A stretch of DNA of 64,000 nt, from positions 16,948 through 80,947 of the forward strand of contig SGZG01000002.1 of the NCBI GenBank assembly GCA_004214185.1. Direction: 5' to 3'. Below are positions 56,726-64,000 of the stretch, piece after piece. The stretch is from Flavobacteriales bacterium (GTDB lineage: Bacteria; Bacteroidota; Bacteroidia; Flavobacteriales; Flavobacteriaceae). The notes beneath the pieces were generated by a model, which searched no databases, was not told the origin of the DNA, and saw only the letters and a program-made list of their open reading frames with translations. The number at the start of each line of letters is the position of its first letter. Within the stretch, counting starts at the first letter, position 1. Both the position numbers and the translations under genes were made by a program.

Positions 56726-58062
56726 CTATTAAATGTAATTTTTTGCCCAACTAATATATCACTAAAATTACCCCTATCATAAATCAAATTCCCATTTACA
56801 AAAGTGTGAGTTACTTTAGATTTAAACTTTTCTCCTTCAAAGGGAGACCAGTTACATTTATAAAGAATATTTTCTCTTTTGACAATCCAAGGTTGATCTA
56901 AATCAATTAAAACTAAGTCAGCATAGTACCCCTCTCTTATAAATCCTCTTCTATTAATTTGAAAAAGGATTGCAGGGTTATGACACATTTTAGTAACTAT
57001 ATTTTCAAGGGAGATTTTATTATTCAAATAATGTTCAATCATAGAAACCAAACCATGTTGAACTAGAGGTCCTCCAGAGGGACATTCTAAGTATGAGTTA
57101 GATTTTTCTTCAAGAGTGTGTGGCGCATGATCAGTAGCAATAACATCAATTCTATCGTCTAATAAAGACTTCCAAATCCCATCCCTGTCTTTTGATGTTT
57201 TAATTGCTGGATTCCATTTAATTAGACCTTGTTTTTTTTTGTAATCATCTGCTGAAAACCATAAATGATGAACACAAACTTCTGATGTAATTTTTTTTTC
57301 ATTTAAAGGAACACTATTATCAAATAATAACGATTCACTATACGTTGAAAGATGAAATACATGTAATCTAGCATTTGTCTCTTTTGCTAATTGAATTATT
57401 TTTGTTGTTGATTTTAAACAAGCTTCTTCCGATCTAATTTCTGGATGACATTCAAATGGAATATTTTTCCCATATTTTAGTTTATATTTCTCTAAGTTTT
57501 CTTTTACAATTTTCTCATCCTCGCTATGTACTACAATGATTAAATCAGTGCTGAGAAAAATTTCTCTTAAAATATCTTGGTCATCTACTAACATATTTCC
57601 AGTTGATGAGCCTAAAAAAATTTTTAGAGCTGCAACTTCGCTTTTATTAAGTTTTTTTATTTCATCTAAATTTGAGTTTGTTGCTCCAAACATAAATGAA
57701 TAGTTAGCATATGAACTCTGACTAGCTATTTCAAATTTATTCTCAAGTTCCTTTAAAGTAGTTGTTTGAGGAACTGTGTTTGGCATTTCAATAAATGAGG
57801 TTATTCCACCTGCTACTGCTGCTCGTGATTCAGTTTTTATAGTTGCTTTATGAGTTAACCCTGGTTCTCTAAAATGAACTTGATCGTCTATTAAACCTGG
57901 AATTAAAATCTTTCCAGTTGCATCTATAATTTGAAAATCATCTTCTATCTCAATATTATCCTGAATTTTATTTATAAAATCATCAACTATTAATAAATCA
58001 GAATTAAAAATTTTTTCTTCATTTACAATTGATGCATTTCTAATTAATACTTTTCTATTCAT
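56722..58062 (-). CDS. pyrC: dihydroorotase (amidohydrolase superfamily)
   Basis: 446 aa. PGLIDDQVHFREPG, ALKIFLG (Lys), VHSED, HVFHLST and ATDHAPH metal-ligand positions. Confidence 0.85.
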   Translation of the reverse strand: MNRKVLIRNASIVNEEKIFNSDLLIVDDFINKIQDNIEIEDDFQIIDATGKILIPGLIDDQVHFREPGLTHKATIKTESRAAVAGGITSFIEMPNTVPQTTTLKELENKFEIASQSSYANYSFMFGATNSNLDEIKKLNKSEVAALKIFLGSSTGNMLVDDQDILREIFLSTDLIIVVHSEDEKIVKENLEKYKLKYGKNIPFECHPEIRSEEACLKSTTKIIQLAKETNARLHVFHLSTYSESLLFDNSVPLNEKKITSEVCVHHLWFSADDYKKKQGLIKWNPAIKTSKDRDGIWKSLLDDRIDVIATDHAPHTLEEKSNSYLECPSGGPLVQHGLVSMIEHYLNNKISLENIVTKMCHNPAILFQINRRGFIREGYYADLVLIDLDQPWIVKRENILYKCNWSPFEGEKFKSKVTHTFVNGNLIYDRGNFSDILVGQKITFNR

Positions 58063-58068
58063 TAATTT

Positions 58069-58797
58069 TTATAGTTTGAATAAACTTTTTAATCTCATGG
58101 AAATCAAACCAAAAACAGCTTCAAAAATAATACTACTATTCATTTTTGAATCTCCGTACAATCTATCCTTAAAAATAATAGGAATCTCTAATATCTTAAA
58201 TTTATTTTTGAAAGATTTAAATTTTAATTCAATTTGAAAAGCATATCCATTAAATACTAAGGATTCTACATCTATGGATTTTAATACTTCAGATTTGTAA
58301 CCTACAAAGCCAGATGTAGCATCTTTAACTGGCAATCCCGTAACTATTCTAGAGTAGAGAGAAGCAGAATATGATAAAATAATTCTACTTAAGGGCCAAT
58401 TTACAACGTTAATTCCATTGATATATCTTGATCCAATAACAACATCATATTTTTCTAAATTATCATAAATTCTAACTAAATCCTCAGGGTCATGTGAAAA
58501 ATCTGCATCCATTTCAAACACATATTTATAATTATGGTTCAAAGCCCAATTAAAACCTTCTTTATACGCTTTGCCCAATCCTTCTTTTTTTAATCTACTA
58601 ATAATAAATACTTTATTTTGTTGTTTCTTAATAAATCCATTTACTAGTTTAGACGTTCCATCTGGTGAATTATCATCAACAATTAATATATCAAATTGAA
58701 CGGATAATGATAATATGTGATTTATAATGTTAACTATATTCTCTGCTTCGTTGTAAGTAGGTACGATTACTAAAGAATTATTCATATTAATTAACAA
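58069..58797 (-). CDS. GT2 polyprenol-phosphate mannosyl/glycosyl transferase (Dpm1-like)
   Basis: 242 aa. VIVPTYNEAENI, VDDNSPDGT and MDADFSHDP (DxD). Confidence 0.8.
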   Translation of the reverse strand: MLINMNNSLVIVPTYNEAENIVNIINHILSLSVQFDILIVDDNSPDGTSKLVNGFIKKQQNKVFIISRLKKEGLGKAYKEGFNWALNHNYKYVFEMDADFSHDPEDLVRIYDNLEKYDVVIGSRYINGINVVNWPLSRIILSYSASLYSRIVTGLPVKDATSGFVGYKSEVLKSIDVESLVFNGYAFQIELKFKSFKNKFKILEIPIIFKDRLYGDSKMNSSIIFEAVFGLISMRLKSLFKL

Positions 58798-58843
58798 AAG
58801 TACTGATTTAGAATAGAAGAACGAATAAGGTCTAAAATATTAT

Positions 58844-58851
58844 TAATTTTG
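58844..58851 (+). promoter_or_regulatory. candidate -7 box TAATTTTG only 4 nt before the ATG
   Basis: Perfect TAnnTTTG followed by AATA-ATG (58856). This implies a leaderless transcript for the DUF4271/hemD-like pair. Confidence 0.45.
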
Positions 58852-58855
58852 AATA

Positions 58856-59506
58856 ATGAACGAGCTTGAACTCATTGATATTCATATAGAAAATTGGATT
58901 AAAATCGTCTTTATAATTTCTACAATACATGTCTTTATAGCAAGAATTAAACTAGGTTATAGGTTTCAATATTTTTTAGCGTTTTGGAATATTCACAGGT
59001 ATTTTTATTTTGTTTCTGGAAAGAGAATTAGCTCTCCAATTAATATCAATTTTGTTAGTTTGCGAGTCATAACTACTTCTTTTTTAATACATTACTTTTT
59101 TGATCCAGAAACTTTTTTTGATGATAATGAACTAGTTAATTTTTTATATTGGAATTTAACTATAGTTACTTTAATTTTTCTTAAATTCTTTACAGAAAAA
59201 TTACTTTCACACATATTTAACTATAATAAGCGTTTTAGCGAAATAAATGAATACAGAATTGGAATAAAAAATTTGTTTTCAATTCATCTATTTTTTTTCT
59301 TGTTTTTAATTTTTTTTAGTAATGTTTCTATTGAAATTCTAAGACAAATTTTAATATTTTTCTTTTTTATTTATCAGTTGCTTTTCTACAGATTTATCTT
59401 TAAAAAGAATATGATTGGAACAATAAAAGGACTTGTTTATTTTATTTTATATCTTTGCACGTTCGAAATTATACCAATCGTAGGCATATTAAGTCTATTA
59501 AAATAA
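58856..59506 (+). CDS. polytopic membrane protein (DUF4271-like)
   Basis: 216 aa with about 6 hydrophobic helices. The family is assigned from memory of the conserved Bacteroidetes pairing with a hemD-like gene. Confidence 0.5.
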   Translation: MNELELIDIHIENWIKIVFIISTIHVFIARIKLGYRFQYFLAFWNIHRYFYFVSGKRISSPININFVSLRVITTSFLIHYFFDPETFFDDNELVNFLYWNLTIVTLIFLKFFTEKLLSHIFNYNKRFSEINEYRIGIKNLFSIHLFFFLFLIFFSNVSIEILRQILIFFFFIYQLLFYRFIFKKNMIGTIKGLVYFILYLCTFEIIPIVGILSLLK

Positions 59507-59515
59507 AAAAGCAAT

Positions 59516-60262
59516 ATGAAAGTTAAATCAATTTTAGTTTCACAGCCTGCTCCAACAATTGAAAATTCACCTTACATAACTTTAAAGAAAAAAAGAAAAG
59601 TAAAAATTGACTTTATTCCTTTTATTCATGTTGAAGGTTTAACAGCAAGAGAGGTTCGAAGACAAAAAATAGATTTATCTAAATTCTCAGCTATCATTCT
59701 TACCAGTAGAAATGCTGTAGATCATTTTTTCAGAGTTGCAGAAGAAATGAGATTTCCTATACCAAATGCATTAAAATATTTTTGCCTTTCTGAGGCTGTT
59801 GCATTTTATTTGCAAAAATATGTTGTTTATAGAAAAAGAAAAATTTATGTTGGTGGAAGAACATTCAATGATTTAACTGAACAAATTTCAAAGTACAGTG
59901 AAGAAAATTTTCTGATTCCATGTGCCAACGTTTTATCTCCTGCTATTCCAAAAAAATTAGATGAACTTGGTGTAAGGTGGACTCAGGGTACTTTTTATAA
60001 AACTGAAATTAGTGATTTATCTCACCTTAAAGAAGTATTCTACGATATTCTTGTTTTTTTCAGTCCATCTGGAATTGAATCATTAATACATAACTTTCCT
60101 GATTTTAAACAAAATGATACTAGAATTGCCGTATTTGGTAAAACAACTGTAAAAGCTGCAGAAAAAGCTGGTTTAAGAATTGACATTTCAGCCCCAACTC
60201 CAAAGATCCCTTCAATGTCTAAGGCACTTGATATTTATATTGAGAAGGTAAATAAAAAATAA
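59516..60262 (+). CDS. uroporphyrinogen-III synthase (HemD)-like protein
   Basis: 248 aa. ILVSQP...start, AIILTSRNAVDHFF and VFFSPSGIESL, matching the two-lobed HEM4-fold pattern. Confidence 0.65.
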   Translation: MKVKSILVSQPAPTIENSPYITLKKKRKVKIDFIPFIHVEGLTAREVRRQKIDLSKFSAIILTSRNAVDHFFRVAEEMRFPIPNALKYFCLSEAVAFYLQKYVVYRKRKIYVGGRTFNDLTEQISKYSEENFLIPCANVLSPAIPKKLDELGVRWTQGTFYKTEISDLSHLKEVFYDILVFFSPSGIESLIHNFPDFKQNDTRIAVFGKTTVKAAEKAGLRIDISAPTPKIPSMSKALDIYIEKVNKK

Positions 60263-60817
60263 TCACCCCTTGACTTGACTTTGAAAATTTTTCATAAAAT
60301 TATCAAAATCATCTTGAGTTTTAAGCGTTTTGTAAGTATCATCTTTAAATAAAGTTAAATAAATCTCAATTTGTTTAGGATTAAGATAACCTCTGATAGG
60401 AGATATATAATTCATTGAAGAATCAAAAAAAAGTGTTGAGGGATATGCATTTACTCCCAAATATCTAGTTAATTCGTGGGATGAATTTCTTTTTTGGGAT
60501 CTTGAACTATCATAATTAGGATTTGTAAATATTCTGTCCATAAATTTTACTGTCTCGTTTCCTTCACCATTAAATTTAACTGCATAATAATTTTCATTTA
60601 TAATTCTGATAATATCAGCATTTCCAAAAGTATTCTTATCCATTAATTTGCATGGACCACACCAGTTTGTATAAATATCAATCAAAACATTCTTGGGGTT
60701 ATTTTTTTGAACTTTTTCAAGTTCGTTAAAACTAATCCAATTAATTTGTTGCGAACTTCCTTTAAAAAAAATAAAAAGGAAGAAAAAACAGATGAAAATT
60801 TTAAGGTTATTCTGCAT
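60263..60817 (-). CDS. secreted thioredoxin-fold protein
   Basis: 184 aa. Signal peptide. WCGPCK active site. Confidence 0.75.
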   Translation of the reverse strand: MQNNLKIFICFFFLFIFFKGSSQQINWISFNELEKVQKNNPKNVLIDIYTNWCGPCKLMDKNTFGNADIIRIINENYYAVKFNGEGNETVKFMDRIFTNPNYDSSRSQKRNSSHELTRYLGVNAYPSTLFFDSSMNYISPIRGYLNPKQIEIYLTLFKDDTYKTLKTQDDFDNFMKNFQSQVKG

Positions 60818-62309
60818 TATGCACTAATCTTTTAAGTGGCTTGATTATTAAAATTACTAGAATACCAAAAATTGTGCAAAATATTGTAATTCCAGTAAAT
60901 GTTTCAAAATCTCCAATATCAGAGGCATTCTCACCAATTAAACCTGCAACTTTATTTCCCAATCCTGTTGCAGCAAAGTAAGCACCCATCATAAAAGCTC
61001 CCCAACGAGCAGGTGCAAGTTTGGTTATAAAAGATAATGCAACAGGTGAAGCACATAGCTCTCCAATAGTATGAAAAAGGTAAGCAAGTAGTAACCAATA
61101 CATCGCAGATTTTTGAGTGATATTTCCGCTTGCATCATAAGTAACTTCGTTTGCAGCCATTGACATAAAGGCAAATCCAAATCCCATTATTATAACTCCA
61201 ACTGCCATTTTAAAAAGAGATGAATGTTCGTAACCCTTACTTTTCCACCAAATCCAAAATGAACCAATTAATGTTGCAAAAATTAATATATAAATGGCAT
61301 TAGCTGATTGAAACCAGCTTGCAGGTACCATAAAAGATCCCAATGCTAAGTCGGTTTTTTGAGAAGCATACAAGTTCATTAAACCTCCTGCTTGTTCAAA
61401 AGCACCCCAAAAGACAATAACAATTAAAAAAGCTAAATATGTTACTAAAATTCTATCTTTTTCTATTTTATCTCCGTCATTGTAAACAACTATTGCAAAT
61501 CCTACAGCAAATGCTATTCCCATTATTAAAAGTCCATAGTTCCAATCTCCTGAATAACCTACATATAATCCTAAAATTGCCGTAAGTAAAAAGCCAATTA
61601 AAGAGTTTGTCTTTTTAAAAATTTGAAGAAATAAGTTTTCTTTTTTGTCAAGATTATCTTCTTTTTGAGGAACTAAATTGCCTACATGGGTTAAATACTT
61701 TTGACCTTTCCAATATCCAAATTGACCAATTGCCATTCCTATTCCAGCTAAACCAAACCCATAATGCCAATTATAAACTTCTCCTACATAACCAACTAAT
61801 AGTGCAGAAATTGCAGCACCAAGATTAATTCCCATGTAAAAAATGTAGAATCCCATATCACGTTTATTATGATCATTTTTTTCATATAACCCGCCTACCA
61901 TGGTAGAAATATTTCCTTTTAAACATCCAACTCCTAAAACAATAAAAGCTAGACCAGTATAAAAAGCCCAAAGTGCTTCAACAGCCAAAATACCATGACC
62001 AAAACAGAGTAACAACCCTCCAAGCATTACTGATTTTCTCTGACCCAAGTACCTGTCAGCTAAAATTCCACCAGGAATAGTAGCTAAGTACACAAACATA
62101 GTATACCAACCATAAAGAGCAATTGCAGAACTATCAGTCCAACCCATACCAGGATTATTACCAGAAGTTTCAGAGACTAGGTACAATACTAAAATTGCCC
62201 TCATTCCATAATAACTAAACCTTTCCCATAGTTCAGTAAAAAATAATACAAATAAACCTACAGGATGTCCTAAAAAAGTTTTTTGACTTAGTTGTGTGTT
62301 GCTTTCCAT
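60807..62309 (-). CDS. POT/PTR2-family proton-dependent di/tripeptide transporter
   Basis: 500 aa. PTR2 signature FTELWERFSYYGMRAILVLYL, GGILADRYLGQRK, and about 14 TM helices. Confidence 0.9.
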   Translation of the reverse strand: MESNTQLSQKTFLGHPVGLFVLFFTELWERFSYYGMRAILVLYLVSETSGNNPGMGWTDSSAIALYGWYTMFVYLATIPGGILADRYLGQRKSVMLGGLLLCFGHGILAVEALWAFYTGLAFIVLGVGCLKGNISTMVGGLYEKNDHNKRDMGFYIFYMGINLGAAISALLVGYVGEVYNWHYGFGLAGIGMAIGQFGYWKGQKYLTHVGNLVPQKEDNLDKKENLFLQIFKKTNSLIGFLLTAILGLYVGYSGDWNYGLLIMGIAFAVGFAIVVYNDGDKIEKDRILVTYLAFLIVIVFWGAFEQAGGLMNLYASQKTDLALGSFMVPASWFQSANAIYILIFATLIGSFWIWWKSKGYEHSSLFKMAVGVIIMGFGFAFMSMAANEVTYDASGNITQKSAMYWLLLAYLFHTIGELCASPVALSFITKLAPARWGAFMMGAYFAATGLGNKVAGLIGENASDIGDFETFTGITIFCTIFGILVILIIKPLKRLVHNAE

Positions 62310-62313
62310 AATA

Positions 62314-62937
62314 TTAAAATTTAATAATTTTTTTTCCGTGATAAAATTTACCGTTTAATTTAGAATGAATAATTTCAAAATTTTCATGAGTTATTCCTCC
62401 AGCACTTATTACTTCAAAATTAACAGGAGCTAAATCTAACATTTTTTTTAGATATTCAGATCCATCCAACGCAAATTGCTTACCTCCGGATGACAAAACT
62501 CCGTTTATATTTGGATTAAGAATAATTTTTTCAAATGATTTAATAACTGAATTTGAGTGATCGATTGCTTTATGAACTATGAACTTTAAAGGTTTGGCTA
62601 GCACAGCTAGATCTGAAATTTGATCAATATTCAATTCATTATTTTTATCTAAACAACCTGTTACTATTCCATCAACTTTTAATGATTTACAAAACTTTAT
62701 ACCCTCGTACATTTCATTAATATCTTTTTTATTATAAATAAAACCATTTGGATGAGGTCTTATCATAATACGAACTGGAATTTGTATTTTACTTAAAACA
62801 TTTTGGATTAATGACTTTGAAGGAGTTAAACCATCTAAGTCTAATCTACTGCATAATTCTATCCTATTAGCACCATTTTTTTCTGCTTCTTGAGCATCAA
62901 ATAATGAATCTACGCATACTTCTTTTATAATTTGCAT
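62314..62937 (-). CDS. cutC: copper homeostasis protein CutC family
   Basis: 207 aa. EVCVDSLFDAQEAEKNGANRIELC start and a TIM-barrel-like pattern with VHKAID. Confidence 0.85.
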   Translation of the reverse strand: MQIIKEVCVDSLFDAQEAEKNGANRIELCSRLDLDGLTPSKSLIQNVLSKIQIPVRIMIRPHPNGFIYNKKDINEMYEGIKFCKSLKVDGIVTGCLDKNNELNIDQISDLAVLAKPLKFIVHKAIDHSNSVIKSFEKIILNPNINGVLSSGGKQFALDGSEYLKKMLDLAPVNFEVISAGGITHENFEIIHSKLNGKFYHGKKIIKF

Positions 62938-62949
62938 GCAGAAAGTTAC

Positions 62950-64000
62950 CTAAAAATGATATCTTTTGAAAGTTTCAATGGCAGTGTAATCAGACATTCC
63001 AATGTCTCTAAACTTTTTTGCAATTTCTCTGTTTCTGTCCTCAGCTCTTACCCAAAACTCTCTATTATCATCTCCCTGAAACATAACATTGTCCTTTTGT
63101 GTTTGGTGATAAAAGATTGCTTTTCTTTTTCTAAGTACTTGATTTGGGCTCATTGGAACTGCCATATCAATTTCGTGAATTGGCCATTCATGCCATGCCC
63201 CTCTGTATAACCAAACCCAACAATCTTTCATAAATGATTTATTTTTTAAAACAGCCAAACAATCAAAAAGAATATCAAGACAAACTTTGTGTGTGCCGTG
63301 AGGGTCAGCCAGGTCTCCAGCTGCATAGATTTGGTGTGGTTTAATTTCGTTTATGATATCTAAAATAATTTTTTTATCAGCTTTTGATGTTTGATTTTTT
63401 TTCACAGTTCCAGTCTCGTAAAATGGTAATTTTAAAAAGTGTACATTTTTATCTTCAAGTCCAATAAATCTTGTAGCAGCTAAAGATTCTTTCTCTCTAA
63501 TAGAGGCTGCTATTTCTCTTACCCTCGCATTATTTATTATTTCTGTGTTATCTTTTAATAAATCAATAATATCATTATTATCACTGGCACAATCAGGAAA
63601 AATAGAGTCTATAACTTCTAAAAATTTGAGAACATCTGAATTGCTTACTGCAATATTTCCAGATGTTTGATAAGCAACATGAACTTCATGCCCCTGTGAA
63701 ACTAATCTATCAAAAGTTCCTCCCATTGAAATTACATCATCATCAGGATGGGGACTAAAAATTAGAACTCTTTTTCTTGGTGGTTCTGATCTCTCGGGTC
63801 TAGCTTTATCATCTGAATCTGGCTTCCCACCAGGCCATCCGGTGATTGATCTATGAATTTTTTTGTAAAAATCTAAATTTAAATCATAGTAGGAACTATC
63901 AATCAAAAGTTCCGATAAATTATTTTCATTATAATCGGATTCGGTAAGATTAAGGATTGATTTATTGGTGATCTCGCAAAGCCAAGCAACTGCTTTTCCT
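62950..64000 (-). CDS. PIG-L/LmbE-family domain protein, probably the C-terminal half of a long-form glucosamine-6-phosphate deaminase (5' end outside window)
   Basis: LIFSPHPDDDVISMGGT and HEVHVAY are LmbE motifs. The frame stays open upstream of the tracked TTG (63906) all the way to the window edge (...GKAVAWLCEITNKSILNLTESDYNENNLSELL-IDSSYY), so the gene is 5'-truncated here. Confidence 0.65.
   Translation of the reverse strand, partial: GKAVAWLCEITNKSILNLTESDYNENNLSELLIDSSYYDLNLDFYKKIHRSITGWPGGKPDSDDKARPERSEPPRKRVLIFSPHPDDDVISMGGTFDRLVSQGHEVHVAYQTSGNIAVSNSDVLKFLEVIDSIFPDCASDNNDIIDLLKDNTEIINNARVREIAASIREKESLAATRFIGLEDKNVHFLKLPFYETGTVKKNQTSKADKKIILDIINEIKPHQIYAAGDLADPHGTHKVCLDILFDCLAVLKNKSFMKDCWVWLYRGAWHEWPIHEIDMAVPMSPNQVLRKRKAIFYHQTQKDNVMFQGDDNREFWVRAEDRNREIAKKFRDIGMSDYTAIETFKRYHF

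Overview
AT-rich window that is almost entirely coding: about 62 protein genes and 2 tRNAs, with most intergenic spacers under 100 nt. The content points to a streamlined Flavobacteriia (Bacteroidota) chromosome. It carries the gldK-gldL-gldM-gldN type IX secretion/gliding core, Bacteroidetes-type TAnnTTTG promoter boxes with no Shine-Dalgarno sequences, mevalonate-pathway genes and a mitochondrial-type aconitase. Most genes are housekeeping: topA, miaB, secG, groES/groEL, purH, mreBCD-mrdA-rodA, ruvC, tyrS, trmB, coaX, pyrC, lptC/lptE-like genes and Fe-S cluster proteins. I found no transposase, integrase, phage gene, CRISPR array, rRNA, toxin-antitoxin pair or recognisable defence gene, and no long non-coding stretch that could hide one. 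The least housekeeping part is a five-gene module next to tRNA-Phe (38761-44160). All its products look exported: GMC flavoenzyme with a TAT small subunit, DUF1080, a TAT Gfo/Idh/MocA enzyme and ThuA. It looks like a periplasmic 3-keto-glycoside oxidation route with no transporter, regulator or glycoside hydrolase attached. Other points worth a second look are listed below.
- A seven-gene unit couples Fe-S carriers and a ferredoxin-NADP reductase to mevalonate kinase, diphosphomevalonate decarboxylase and a UbiA prenyltransferase.
- A pseudouridine-synthase homologue has a degraded catalytic motif.
- An alkyltransferase-like protein has PAHRV in place of PCHRV.
- A sigma-54 activator has no sensor domain.
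- Several genes look domain-reduced.
- Convergent genes repeatedly overlap at their 3' ends.
- Some promoter boxes sit so close to the ATG that the mRNAs would be leaderless.
I do not see convincing evidence for a wholly new system. The hypotheses below are graded with that in mind.
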